NCBI RefSeq assembly: GCF_964355755.1
Contig: NC_092675.1
Span: 7,063,812 to 7,127,811 of the forward strand
From: Antedon mediterranea
Lineage: Eukaryota > Animalia > Echinodermata
Direction of reading: 5' to 3'
DNA: 64,000 nucleotides
The translations under genes were made by a program, and so were the position numbers. The notes below the pieces were generated by a model. The model had not been told where the DNA came from, did no database searches, and saw only the letters and a program-made list of their open reading frames with translations. The first letter of the stretch is position 1; every line of letters starts with the position of its first letter. Shown here piece by piece: positions 30,101 to 44,900 of this stretch.

Positions 30101-33100
30101 GCCTAATGCAGCAGATAGGAGTATCTTAAGAGAATTCTTAATACTATTAATGCCAGGGAATAGCTTGCCCCTAATGCAGCATTTAGAAGTACTATATTCA
30201 TACCAGGGAAGAGTGATCATTTTTCTCTTGCCTGATGTTATTAACAAATTTGATTAATAATACCTTTTATTTATATGTTTATTCTTTGATATAATCATCG
30301 ATCTTAATGATGTATATAAAATGTATTTTTTTATTTTATAGTCAAAAAATCTTGCCATGAAGATAGGAAGAAAACAGGGTCTTGCTTATATCAACGGGTG
30401 AGTTTAAGCTTTGTTCCCACAAGAATGCAAGGCAACACAGAAACGCAAAGTACTGTGTTGCGTAATCACAAGTGGGAACCGACGGTGCAACAGTACTGCA
30501 AACATTGCTACAGGGAAATCAAAACAGTTTGAAAAGAACACTAGAATAGTACAGCACATACTCAAAAGTATGTGGGGTGAACCTGGTTAAAGTGTATGGC
30601 AATTCTAACGTTGACGCACAACAAGCAGGTTTGATTTCACGCAGGCAGGGGCAAACACAATTATTGGAAGGGCTCTTTCTTTTCGCAAGTTGCGCTGCAT
30701 GCTAGTGAGAACCACGCTATAGGTGTACACTTTCATTTCAATCCATCCAGGTTAAAGTTTGTGAACAAATATATGACGACAATCAGCGTTATTAATGTTT
30801 AAATGTCTTTTACAGGTATGATAATCCACATATCATTGCTGGTCAGGGTACAATGGGTCTTGAAATTGTTGAGCAAATTGCAGATATTGATGCAGTGATA
30901 ATTCCAATAGGAGGAGGAGGTTTAATTGCTGGAACAGCCCTTGCCATTAAGAGTTTGTCCCCGAAAACGCTTGTAATCGTAAGTGTTAATTTTTAGAAAA
31001 AGATTCTGTTCATAGTGTGTAGAGAGTTACTCTGTTACTGGTATACCAGAAACATCCAGGACATTGTTTGGATATTTGTAGATTAATATATTGAAATTTA
31101 ACTCTCTTTTTTTTAGGGTGTTGAGTCTGAAGAATGTGCCAGTTTTAAAGCATCTTTAGAGGCTGGTAGACCAGTTTACACTGCTGCGGGACCAACATTG
31201 GCAGATGGTGGGTTAAATAATTTATAATTACAAACTTAGCTCAGTTTTTTCACTATAGAGCTCCTTAACCATAACATCAAACTTTTCACTCCTTTAATTA
31301 TTCGAGCTTGCCATTTTTATGAAGGTGATCATTACTAATACTAGAAAGGGTTTTTTAATCAATGTGTTCCTTTCAATATCGTCTTTTTCATAACAATCTT
31401 TTGCACGCATTCCATTTTAATGTCAAAAGACCACTACAAATATACAAGATCTTACAATTCGTTTTAATTATTTAATTTACTTAGTTGGGAATTAGTAAAA
31501 TAAATAGCAAGTAAGCTTATTCAATCGATAAAATGAATAGATTTCATTAATCAGTGATGTTTTGGATTGTTCAGCGCATTGAGGGCTTGCTTATAATGTG
31601 CTATATATAAGAATGAACTATTATTCATTCATTCAATCTTTTATTTTGGAATCTGTGGTCCATAGAAAATAAAAATTACATATAAATGAAATAAAATAAA
31701 CAAGACTAATTACTACTACTCATCTTCGACTTAACTAAGACATTGTTTATAATCGTTAAGACTAAAACATGTTATTATTGATGTGATTTCTTACATAAAA
31801 CAGTTGAACCAAATAGAACAAAAGCAATGTTGAATGTTATTTATTTATATTTGTTTTGTAGGTCTTGCTGTTCCACTTGTTGGTGTCAATGCCTTTGAAA
31901 CAGCTAAAGATATTATTGATAAAGTTGTAACAGTAAGGTAAGTAACAAGATTGCAAAAGGGTATTTTGATAAAATATACATACATATTAGTGATAAAAAG
32001 ATGGAAAGAAAACAATTTCAAATACTATACATGACCTAGTACAATCCCAAGCTTGAATGTAATACCACCTTGTAATTCAATATTAATGCAACCTAAGTAT
32101 AATACCACCTGCCTGATTTTTGTTAAATTTCATATCCAGCCCCCTAAGATTATATTTGATCTGCAAGGCATATATATGCAATATATCGATATCATCACCT
32201 TTAATAAATGGATGATTTCCTATCAAGTTTTGACCTGCCGAGGGGCCTAACTATTGCAATTTTACCTGATAATTTTCTTTTTTCGTTTTTTTATAGTGAG
32301 GACTTTATTGCACTTTCAATCTTGAGGTTGGTTGAGCTTGAAAAAGCTGTTGTAGAGGGCGCTGGTGCTACGGCATTAGCAGCACTGTTGGGTAACAAGC
32401 TGCCTGAACTTAAGGGTAAAAGGTATGCCCACAAATCTGTTTTTTAAATTAGAATTTGTAACATATAGATGTTATGTAATTCTAGACCTGGAAGTTATCT
32501 CATATGCATTGCTTTTAGCAAAATTAATAGTTCCTATGAAATACAGTGACCTAGGGTCTGTTTGCAGGGTTACTTGCTTCATTAATAACTGTATTAATAA
32601 CTTTATTAAAAACCATTTCTGAAATTCATTTCACCATTAATATGAAACTCCAATACAAAATTATCTGAGTACATTATCAGTAAATTGTGGTTTTGAGTCC
32701 ACTTGAAATAACTGGAATACTGTGTTATGAATAAGGAAAATTCACATCATACTTTGTTGCACCATGGAACTAATTTTATAGCTCTAAAATAATAATAGTA
32801 ATAGCACATTAAACAATGTTTCCCAGCGCTTTGCAGCACACAAAAATGATTCACAAATTATCCTAAGATAATCAAATAAAGAAAAATAGAGGAACCATTT
32901 ACACTGCTCCATTCTCCAGCACTTTGAAGCTCTCTTATGAGAGCTCATCGGAACAATACCATACCTACATTTTCTATTTATGTAATGTTAATAATTTCGT
33001 CATTTTAAATTGCTGGATAATTTTTTTCTTAAAAAATAGGGTTGTTATACCATTGTGTGGTGGTAATATCGATACAACAGTTCTTGGAAGATGCTTGGAA

Positions 33101-33930
33101 AGAGGTCTAGCAGCCGATGGGAGATTGTGTAAATTTGTTGTGACTGTGAGTGATAGACCTGGTGGTATAGCAGAACTCACCAAACTAATTGCTGATCTGG
33201 GAGTAAGGTATGACTGTACTTTAAATCACAGTAATAAAGATATTGTTCCATTTTTTTTTTTTTTTTATAAAATACCGCTGGAAAATATTCACCATTTTTT
33301 TTCAATGTTGAATTGACTTTTTTGAGTTGAAAAAAAACAACTTTTAATGTACACCGCAGCCCAAATTGGAGCATAATATTTTCATTCACTGAAAGCCTGA
33401 CTGTCCTATTTTAACTCTTAACCATCTTCTTATTTTGAAATAGAGATTAATAATTTTAATCTCTGTCTACACTATCAAAGTAGTGACAAAAATATTGTGA
33501 TGTACCAAAAAATATTAGAGATATGACATCATTGTGTCCATATATTATGGGCACATCACATTTTTGTTGTCACACCGAAAACCTGTACAGTGTATTACCA
33601 CTAATGTACTGATAGTGTAGACAGAGCTTAAAAGTGTTATACAGAAAAGCTATATACATATACAATTTATTACACATTATTAAGACATTTAGCTCCTTGA
33701 CGCAAAGCTTCATCCTATTTTAATACCGTTTTTCTAGAAATTAATTTTTTATTTTTTCTCTGTTTAGTATCAAAGATATTCACCATGAGCGGGCATGGTT
33801 AAAGAATGCCATTTTTAACGTCCAAGTTATGTGTGTTGTAGAAACAAGAGATCAAGAGCATGCAACCCAACTCCATCAGCTCCTCTTAGACAACTATTCA
33901 TCCGTGATATGGGGACCTCTAACTGTCTGA
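27115..33930 (+). CDS. L-threonine ammonia-lyase (threonine/serine dehydratase, PLP fold type II) with C-terminal ACT-like domain. Exons 27115-27351, 28389-28459, 28877-28922, 29647-29832, 30342-30397, 30816-30978, 31117-31207, 31862-31937, 32297-32422, 33040-33207, 33768-33930
   Basis: [16 protein letters not shown] (PLP lysine motif), [66 protein letters not shown]. Confidence 0.92.
29143..29349. mobile_element. MITE family C
   Basis: GGGACCATGTCAAAAT...ATTTTGACATGGTCC inverted ends; second degraded copy at about 28049-28245. Confidence 0.65.
29354..29490. mobile_element. PIF/Harbinger-type MITE, family A
   Basis: TIRs with TAA/TAA flanks; directly abuts the family C element. Confidence 0.75.
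30407..30718. mobile_element. MITE family B
   Basis: AGCTTTGTTCCCAC...GTGAGAACCACGCT inverted termini. Confidence 0.6.
33459..33627. mobile_element. PIF/Harbinger-type MITE, family A, with a ~38-bp foreign insert
   Basis: TIRs present; insert at about 33574-33611 matches 35160-35197. Confidence 0.7.
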
Positions 33931-34937
33931 AAAATATCAAATGGCTGAATATTTTTAATAACACGTGCAATTTTTTCTAGAAATTTGTATTTAATTATAT
34001 CATGCAGACAATTTTCAAGAATAATTTGCACTTTTCATGGAGAAGTTTGGTGGTTAAAATAATAAAACTACAAGAGTTTTGTTGAATTATTGCTTATTTT
34101 GTAAAAGGTGTTTGAATATGAATTTATTGTTTTTGTTAATTTTCCACTTTTAGATGATACAGTTTATATATGTTATGAATTTATTGTAAATTTTAAATTT
34201 TACATTTAACATTAATTAGTATTTGATGATTTTGTTTTGAGAGAGGAAGTTGATTATAGTATGAATACTATAAGATATACTCCAGTATGTGAGAGATAGT
34301 ACAGTAGTTGTTAACACTCAATATCGGATTCTTTAAACTTACTAAGAATGTTTAGTGTGTGCAGGGTAATGAGGGTTCCATATGTTTTTAGAGATTATTA
34401 TGAGTTCTACCATAACCTGATGTTAGACATGATCGTTGGTATAATAGTAAATAATTATATTCAATAATATTTATTTGAGGTGTGAAATTTGAACAAAAAT
34501 AACAGTGTATAAATGAACTGTACAAATTTTTATTTTTTCATACTACGGTAACTAGATTTAACACTATGTGTTAATATAATATTTAGATGTAGAATGATCA
34601 CTTTAGAATAGAGTATGATTGGCATTGATGATAGTTTTGGAAAGAACACCATTCCAAAATCACAAAAAAACATAAACATTTTTAAATAGAATTATTGATT
34701 GTGTAGAACTGGATCTAAAGAGCTATTTGCTCATGTCATGTGAGAAGTCCTACTTCCCTTATCCCCTTAGTGTAGTGGGACGATTCGAGGCGATTTGACC
34801 CTTGGACGATTCAGCCCGCTTATATTTATCGGTTTTGATATGCATTTTATAAGCCTAAATAAGCCCACCAAAAGTGGGCCGAATTGTCCTGGATTCATCT
34901 TCTAGCCTCTCGGTAACATTTTTTCCCATTGTATTAC

Positions 34938-35099
34938 AGTAGAACCTCTAATGAAGAGACACCTTTAGGACCAAAATAATTCCCTTAATAGGGGTTGGCT
35001 GTTATATTAAAACAAATTGCCCTTCATTTTCATTTCACAGAAAAGAAATGCATTGGTTTGTCTGTTGAATAGAGGTGTCCTAAAGTTGGGTTTCTACTA
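34938..35099. mobile_element. Tc1/mariner-type MITE
   Basis: ta|CAGTAGAACC...GGTTTCTACTA|ta. Related degraded copies near 37150-37510 and 42110-42220. Confidence 0.5.
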
Positions 35100-36529
35100 T
35101 ACTTCACTACACTACAATATTTAGAAGATGTGTGTTTCCAATTAATATTTACCCTTCCCACCGAAAATCTGTACAGTGTACTACCACTAATGTACTGCTG
35201 CAATTATATTGTTAAATAATGCCTGTCTGTGTGTCACAAATAGAATATTTAGTGCCTACCTCTTCCAATCTACCTTGCCATACCATTATATACACTGTGT
35301 AGTAAACTATAACTCTTTTGTGTGTGATTCATTTTCAGATATGCCTTTAGTATGTTTGTAAATTTTAGAGTATTTGTACACTGCAAGGTAATTTTTATTT
35401 TCAAGCACTTGAACTAAATAATTTATTTAATAATTAACAAATATTTTTGTGCGTACAGGATGCTCAAATATTTATGCATTAATTTGTTTATAGATCTTAT
35501 TGTGCTATAGTATCTTAATATAGGTCTTATTTTTGTTTGAATTATTATTATTATTTTAGGGGTCAATGTGAGACAAGTTCTACTTCTAATTTTGATCCCT
35601 AAGATGGTCTTATATTAATTGTTTATGATTGTTTATTGTAATATTGTTTTTTATATATTGTAACCATCTTAAATAAATGTATTATTGAATTGAATTGAAT
35701 TGAAATTGAATTGTATATAGCTCCATAGTATCTGTATGATTTCTTCTTTCTGTACTATTTCTTTTCAAATGATATATATTATATGGTTTGTTCATTAACA
35801 CAATATTTAACATTATTTGTTTCAATAACAACCATCTCCACAAATAAAATATGTGAAATTATTTTTCTAGGAATGAAGTTACATGGTCATTAAATTGCAA
35901 AATAAAACTTTCAATGCTGTGTTTGTTTACTTAATTAAGTAACTACTTTTCTGTAATTGTAAATATACTTTCAAACCTTTCGATGTTTTAACAAGACAAC
36001 ATTTAAATATTACTGACATTAGACAAAACCTTGTGACGGAAACAACTATTTGTAATGCTAAGCAGTGACGTAACTGCTATGAGCGCTCACTGGCTAAACA
36101 AGCTTACAGAGCTCCCTGAGCATGGCCAGAGGAAGAAAACAGGCATTAAAATATGTCAATTTGGCGTTGGAGAGTCACTTGAACACCACTGAATCATAGT
36201 TGATTTGTTGTTACATGCATCTGTAATTCTTCAAAGACGTGAAACAGAAGAATAAATAATTTTGTTCAAAACTATGAATATTTACTGTACAGCAAGAATG
36301 TCTTGATTCTGTATCTTTCAATTTTCCAGTATCATAGACTAATTTCAAGATACAGTGTCACATGTCATCCACATGACGTGACATCTATGTTCTAAGCCAA
36401 ACCTTCCATGATATAGACAAAACATGTGCCACTATATTTAGAATTTGCCTATGATACTGGTTAAATAATACCATACAGTATGTGGAGATAGGTACTGAAA
36501 ATTGTATGGAATATTCTTTTTATTCTCAA

Positions 36530-36661
36530 AGCTGTCTACGCTATCAAACTAGTGTGATGTGCCCAAAAATGGTAGTGATACCCAAATATAGCAGTGATAT
36601 GACATCATCATGGGCACATCACATTTTTTGTCACATAAAGTTTAATAGTGTAGACAGAGCT
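36530..36661. mobile_element. PIF/Harbinger-type MITE, family A
   Basis: ctgtctacgctatcaaac...gtgtagacagagct|taa. Confidence 0.7.
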
Positions 36662-37209
36662 TAATGCAAAAGGTTGAGTGTTCATGAAAAACATGGGCAA
36701 CCAACCAAAACAAACATTAGGGACAATAATATCATAGAATTGTGGTAAGATTTTATTCCAATCCAATATAAGGTAAAAGTGTAATTAGAACCATTGCATT
36801 TTAAAATTCACTTTAAAAACACCCTTATTATATACATAGTTTAAAAGTTAAATATCAAAATCTAAGTGAGTATTGTTTTATCAAGATATTTACTGTACAA
36901 CACTGTGTTCATATTTGATACTTTTATAAATATAAAGAATTCATTTTGTCTACTTACTATTTTCACTACAGCACAACCAAATTATTTAAGTTTCCAGTGG
37001 GGTTCATTTTAGTATAAATACTGTAATAATTTGTCTACTCTAAGAAACAAGATAAAGTTGGTCCAACAAGACTGAAAAACTATTATTAAGTGTAAACTAA
37101 CTACTGTACCACAAAACATGTACCATACTTAGCCCTTTTACACATACCAATAAAAGAACCCTATTAAGGGGACACCATACACTAGGGAACCAAAAAAATG
37201 TCTCCTTAA

Positions 37210-37388
37210 AGCGTGGTTCCCACTAGCGACGCAACACAAGGACGTAACGCAACGCAAGTGAATTGACCAATCTCAAGTGATGGCTTATTCGCTTGTGATT
37301 GCTAAATGTCTATAACTTCGCTTATCATAGGTTAAAATGCTTGCGTTGCGTTTACGTCCTTGCGTTACGTTCTAGTGGGAACCAAGCT
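37210..37388. mobile_element. PIF/Harbinger-type MITE, family B
   Basis: TAA|AGCGTGGTTCCCACTAG...CTAGTGGGAACCAAGCT|TAA, with long imperfect palindromic arms. Confidence 0.8.
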
Positions 37389-38941
37389 TAATATGGGTGT
37401 CCATCTGAATAGTGGTTTTAGTGCTCATATACATTTCCCCCGTTTTTCACAGTGTCTTTTTAATAGGTGTCCACTGAATAGTAGTTTCCTAAAGAAGAGT
37501 TTTTACTTTAAATTGATTTTGTGTAATATATCATCAAGTTTTTAATTGAATTAAAAATAATTGTATGAAACCACACTGATTTTTTATCATTAAAACTAAT
37601 TTAAATTAATAATATTTTTGCTCATATTTTACATATGCTTTAAGCAGGTCTAAAACCAAATAGTTTGTTTTGACATATAATTACATTTAATTTAATATTC
37701 TATTTACACTTTGATAGAAACTCCATGTAAATGCTATTTACACATTTTAATGTGCTATTTACATTTAATTACATCATATTTAAAATAATTTTAGTATCAA
37801 ATTGCATTTTTGTCGGACAATGGACAAAAAACCCCAAAATTTAAAACAATATCCTTAATATAAAAATCATTTTTTAATATATTAGTACTATTATCAACAC
37901 CGAGTTCAAACCCTATTGTACAAAAGCATAAAAGCGTGCATATGCTTTGTATATAAAATATAAAGTTTGCAGCGAATGTATATACAATGACTTAAAATAC
38001 AGCACAGAGATGGGAACCTACCATAGACTCTTAAATGCAATTATATATTTTCTCCAATTCATTGCAAATGAATTGGAGAAAATTTAATAACATCTAAAAT
38101 ACTCAGGTAGGTCGGCATTCTAGGTCAAAAAGGAATAACGTTAAAAAAAATGTGTTTACTAACTTCTTTACTGTACTTATTAAAGCTTATTATCCTATCC
38201 CTGAGAAATACAGTTCTCAATAAAAATTAAGGACCATTTTTGGGAGCGGATCTATCTATAAGTGCCAAATTTGGAATTATCATCTTGTTGTAGATAACAA
38301 AACCATGGACAAATATGCTTTTGAATATGAATGTCAGTGACAGAAGTTGTGTAAAAATTATAACAATTTAAAAATTATCAGCACCATAATTGTTGGCACC
38401 AAAAGTTGGCAAAAAATATCAGAACCAAACTAGTTACAAAACATAGTTGTTGCACCAGAGACATGTATTGCAATTGTTTTTCAATTTCACTAATGAATTT
38501 GACGACCAATGAATGCATACACCATCACATCACTACATTAAATCTCTCTCTATCATTTACAACCTATACTACATCTTAAATTTCAATTTACACAGATGAG
38601 CGGTAACGGTAAGTGGAAAACCGCTAGTTCCACGATGAATCTGTATCTATCGTGAGCTGAAACTACCCATCCGCTCCACGTTGTGTGTAAATGGTCATAA
38701 GGAATAACATAGATGTTTGTTACAGATGTTACCGCTCGTCTGTCTAAATTGGTCTTAATTAAATTAAATGAATGTGCGCTATTTCTGGTGTGGTTTAAAA
38801 GTATCATTTTTCAACCACATTTTTTAACAAAAATGAACCCTTTAAATAAAATAAACACTTGGAAGCAGAACATAGGTAAAATTATCTAGGGAAGCTTAAC
38901 GAACAATATGACCTAGAATGTCATTCCGTAGTACCTCTGTG

Positions 38942-41900
38942 CTAAAGATCCGGAAACCTGTAAGGGTCTTCCTTATAATCCGGTGGAATACGGAAAAGGC
39001 TTGTGGGTATGTTTTCACGGAACTGGCAATCTTGAAACGTCACACGAGCACTGATGGTTGGTAAAACAGGGATATCTGAAAATTTATTTATAGTATAATT
39101 ATTATCCATGAGAGCCTAGCCAATTAGTGAATAGTTGATTCAATTGAAGAAAATTATTATCTTTTTTCCCAAGATACAAGATGAAAATTATTATCTAGAT
39201 CTAGTCTATAAATATAGTGCAAGTACATCTCTTCACAAACCAGACTTCCCCTAAAACTATTCGAAAGGCAGAACTTTCTAAGGTTCAAAATAATTCCCTA
39301 TTAGTTAGTAAAGTAAATAATTATGGAAATAAAGTGTCTGAAAACGGAGCAAATTTTCCTGCAGGATATGAGGGTGTGTGGCGCAGTGTATTTGACGTTG
39401 GATTACTGATCGTGAGATCCAACTCTCGTCGCATTGCTTGTATCCTTAGGCAAGACACTTTACTTTACATTTGCCTCTCTCCACCCAGGTGTATAAAATG
39501 GGTACCTGTTAGATCAAGAAACAACTTTGCGCCGATTACTAGCTGCATTATTATGGGAGTATTTTTCCGTACGTGTTTGATCGAAAATGACCGGAGTAAT
39601 AATGTGCAGCGCATTGAGAGCTTGCTTATATATATAAGAATGAACTACTATTATATTATTAATATTTGATTTACCCAGTTTGACTGGAAATCCAGGAGGA
39701 AGTTTAAGTTCAACGAACTCCCTGAGTTTGGCAAAATGCTTCATTGGTGTAATCACTTCAAGTACATTCAGTAAATCCGCAACCTGAATTGGAAAGTCCT
39801 CACTCTGCGGAAATAAAAATAAAATATGAAGTGTGGAAGTAGAATTGTATACTTAATCGAGAAGGATATTGAACAAGCATGTGAGATGGATTCGCGGCAT
39901 ATCTGCGCCATAATGCTTGTATCATAAAGCCCAATTTACACAGATAAGTGGTAACAGGAAAGCGGAAAATAAAAATATAGAATCTGTGTTTATGACCATT
40001 TACACAAAATGCGGAGCAGACGGGTGGTTGAGTGGAAACCTGCTCATAATAGAAACAGATTGTATGTGGGATGAGCATGTGGTTTGCACGCTTACCGTTA
40101 TTGTTCGTCTGTGTAATGGTCTTAATATAAGACATACGAAGATATTTATCTCTCATTGCCTCGTCCTTTGGATGGGACGTAAAGCTGTTGGTCCTGTATA
40201 CATACATTGCACACATGCATGATAAAGAACTTGGTACACTATTTGAAATGAGTAGTGTAGTGTGTAATCATAGTCCTGTACTGGGTCCCCTGAATAGGTA
40301 ACCCAATATAAAGAAGAAATAAAAACAATCAAGCACTTACCATAGCTATAGTAGCCTTAAAACATTTTCTGTTTTCTTTACATATCTGTTGTCTTCCAAT
40401 ACTGGGAACAGTGTCTGACATTATGTACTCCTGCCAAGTTATATGACAAGGGGGTGGGGGAGTTAAACTAGCTCTGTACACAGTCTAAAAATTAAATTAA
40501 CAGAAATGAAATGTTAAATACACATAAAAGAAGAAATAAAACCATTAAATTACCGTATTCATGCGAATAATTGCCCAGCATATAGTACATCATTTTGAAT
40601 ACATGCCCCCACCCCCCACCTCCATCAATTTTTTTCATATCTAGGGGTATTTATTTGATTGTACCATATTTCACCCAAAAAAATAAACTCCTTCCCTGCA
40701 TTAATGCCTCCTTCGAATAAACACCCCTCATATTTTTTCATATCTAGGGGTATTTATTTGGTTTTATGTTACCATATTACACCCGCCACCCTCGAATAAA
40801 CCCCTCTTCCCTAAAAAACCCTCCTGAACAAAAACAAATAAATACGATATATTAATAATTTGAAGTTTTAGCAATTGACTTACCTCACTCATTCCATCTA
40901 GTACTTCACCTTTACTTAGACTCTCAACAGCTGCTTTGTTACGTTGGATATCCTCATCTGACAAATGTTCTCTCCTTTAATAGATAAATGGTAGACAGGG
41001 GGTTAGATAGGTATAATTTTGGGAATAATATTTTGGATAAAAAATGGTGTCATTGATTGTATCTGAATTTTAATTAATATTTATAATGCAGTATATATAT
41101 TTATATGGAAATTTGATCATTTCTAAATTAAATATGACCTTTACTTCTAAGTAATTAATATTCAGTATATCACCAGGTGTTTTAGAATTTGTTCTGTCCT
41201 TTATGTCAATTTATATGGTACAGGTAATTGTATTATTTATTGTATACAGTATTCAATAGTCTGTTTTAATAGTGACAAATTTTCAATGGACAATATTGTC
41301 ATCTGTATTTGTATATTTTAAAGCATCTTAAACATGGTATTATTATTACTACTCTTTTAAGACCCAGTTGAAGTCTTTCCTTTTCAAACAAGTTTTTCAT
41401 TAATTTAAATTACTTCTCGTCTATTTTAATTTATGCATTGAGAGCTTGCATATATGTGCTACTGTATATAAGAATAAATTATTATTCTCCATTATTCCTT
41501 CACAGTCAAGATCCTCCCTTTAATAAAAAAAAGAACACTCTGGTTGTTGTTGTAAACAAACAAAACAAATAAACAAACCTTTTACGCGATTCAATAATTA
41601 TTCCTTGTACAAGATAAAAGTCAGCAGGAAAGATCCCTACGGATTCACGTCTATCTTCCCTAAATATCCAGCCTGTTTGTGCACGGCAAAACACAATTGG
41701 TTTTGTCGACATAGTTGCTGTTAATATATCACTACTCATGAGGATGTCCACTTCTTCCTCAAGTTCACTTTCTGACTCCTGAAAATAAAAATGTTTCAAA
41801 TTAAATTTTAAGTCCAAGCCAAGGCCAAAACTATGAACACAGGCATGGCACTCAGAAACTCTCTAAAGCTCTGTCTACCCTACCCTGTATCAAATTTTAT

Positions 41901-44900
41901 GTGGCAAAAAAATGTGATGTGGGCATATATGGACATGATGATGTCATATCACTACCATATTTGGGCATATCACTACCAAATTGATTGTATATATCATACA
42001 TACAATGTTTGTTTTTAGATATTATTGCATTAGGAGGTTCCCACTTTTGTGTTGGCCCCATGGTTACTTCTTGAGTAGTTTGCTCATTTTTAACAAATAA
42101 AACAAAGTTTCCCTTAATAGGGGTATCCCTTTAAAAGCAGCTTCCCATAGTGTTAAACACATAATGCTACTTGTTCGTTTCAAAGGAAAGTGTCCCCTAA
42201 ATAGGAGGAGTTCTACTGTATACAAATTGGTGATAGAAATCAGCCAGCAAGATGGTGGAATAATATGGAATCAAACTTACGCGTGAGAAGATTTTGTTAG
42301 AAAGCAGAATTTGTGTTTGATCCTACAATAACACTTTTAGATGTTTGTTTAAAAAAAATTCAGTACCTGATCATAACTAACACGTTGAAAGACACGTTGA
42401 TCATTGTCAAGTACAATAAGAGCGTTTCGTGATTTTGCGCTACCGTTAAAAATAAAACTAATGTTCCCTCTTTGCCACCGCATGTCACTGAAATCAATCA
42501 GCGTTGTGTCTACTCGTATACTGGTTCCCTTTTTATGAATTTTACAAACATCAGATGGTAGAATTCTCGAGACTAGTGGCACTATATATAAAAAATATAA
42601 ATGTTTTTTTTTACTTGCTATCAACTTTTTTTCCCCCATAGATTGTGTAAAACACCCAAAATCAAACTTTTTTTAAAAACAATACAACATGAATTTGATA
42701 TTCTTTAGTGATATTATTATATTTAAAGATAATAATTTCATAAAAACATTTTGATTAGCCATAATCTCTACACATTCTCAATTTAGAGTAGGAAAGATAT
42801 TTTTCGTATTGAATGTTTTCCTATACCCTTTGATAATAATGGGCAGATCCAGCATTACAGATTAGGGGGAGGGGGACACCCCTAAATTTTGATAAATGAT
42901 AAAAACGATCAATCAAGTTGGAGAAAAATAAAAATAGTTCATTATTTTATTTTAAAAAGACACGGCTGTTAAATGTTAGTGGTCTAAATCCACCCCTGAT
43001 AAATGAACAGCAACAATGTGGTATTGTGTAGAGTTTGGATATGCTACACTGGGAAAAACATTCTTTATTCTTGACATTTTTTTATCAGCATTACTGAACA
43101 ACATATTTTAATAGACTTTACTTACCCCAGCTTTGAAAGTCCCATTTAAGCTCAAGGTATAAATCAACCAGTTCACTAAGTGCCTCAATCAGTTCTGGTC
43201 TCTTTGATTCTAACATTTCCTTTGACTGTGATTTGAGTTTTCTTAAAAGGCATTTTACTACCAAAAAAGATACAAAATCCATTTTTGTTAAATATTCTAT
43301 CTAGTAAAACAAAGTTTTTAAAAATCTAAAGATAATAAACAATTATTAAAGATGTATTGTACCCCTGAAAAAATAATTCTTAACATTTTTGTTGAATCGC
43401 ATGAATTGTATCCTTAGGCAAGATACTTTACTTACGTTTGCCTCTCTCCAACCAGGTGTGTAAATGGGTACCCGGTTAAATCAAGAAACAACTTTGCGCT
43501 GATTACTAGCTGCATTATGGGAGTACAGTATGTTTCCATAGGTGTTTGATCCAAAAAATGACTGGGGTAATAATTTTCAGTACTTAGAGGTTTCACAACA
43601 TAAGGCGCTATATAAATCCAGGATATTATTATTATTATTATTAATAATAAAAATAATATTTATCCACTATGAATACAAATTGGATAGAAAAAAATGTATT
43701 TACCTAAAAAAAAAACTGTACTTTATTTCAAAGCAAAAAATTTTCCCCATAGGCTGCCAACCAATGGTTTTTGATTGAATTTAACCATTTTGTTGTCATT
43801 TTATAAGTGAAAACATTGTTTTTTTCTATGGAAGTGATTAATTTGATTAAAAATACAAAAATAATATATTCAAAGTCTGATTTAATTAATCTTTATTTTT
43901 CATGTTTTTTGGGGAAAATACATCTTTAATGGAATTACATCATGATATTAAAAGAGATAGGCCTAGTGTCACCTATCAACTAAAAAGAAATGGTGCATAC
44001 TATATACATACTATCTATTTAAAAAGGGTTAAATTTCTTATCTTATTTGCACAATAACTCTATTATGATGAGCTCATTAGAGCATGGAAGAATTAGTGTA
44101 ATCACTGTAGGATTTAGAGAATCTTACTTGTTTGCCTGTCACCGTAACTTAAAGCTTCAGACAAAGGCGTCCAACCTTGCCTGTTCTTGGTTTTCACGGG
44201 TGCATGGTGGTTTAAAAGTAGGTGGACACATTCTGAGAATCAGAAACCACATACATTTAATAAGAAAATAATTATTAGGTAAAATCATCCTTTATTTCAA
44301 ATAAAAAAAACATAAGAATGTACCAAACATCCCAGGTCACAGCTTGGAGGACCAAACATATGCTGGGCAAAACAAGACAATAATTTACTATAAAATATAT
44401 AAATAAAGTATATAAAAATATATACTACTAATACAGTAGTTTGTTATACAGTTGATACAAAGATAAATTATACAAAATAAAAGAAACCAAAAGAAATGAA
44501 TATTTATCCATATATGACTTGAGTATAATCCCATACTTGAGTAGTATTTACAATTTATTAGACTACATTCGACAAAATCCATTGTTTGATTGAAAATGTT
44601 CATCTGGTTTGAAGATACGTTATTTTAAAGTTCTATTTTGACGAACCAAAATTAGTTACTGACCTGACTGACAGTTTCAGTGCTCATTTCACGAGTACTT
44701 TCTTCAGAGTGACGACTATATCGTTAAGCAAAACGCTCACCGTAGGTGGCGTTTGCCTAAAAAAAGGGTCCTAATGGTGAGTGTTTTCCTTAACAATATA
44801 GTCGTCACTCTCAAGAAAGTGCTTGTGAAATGAGCACTGAAACTGTCAGTCAGGTCAGTAACTAATTCTGGTTTGTCAAAATAGAACTTCAAAATAAAAA

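Noticed and set aside
39217-40222. Long ORFs of 100-150 aa in ANKRD13C introns
   Set aside because: They overlap SINE or repeat sequence and have no recognisable protein motifs.
44190-44232. Possible frameshift in ANKRD13C exon 3
   Set aside because: On re-reading, the frame is intact (ECVHLLLNHHAPVKTKN).
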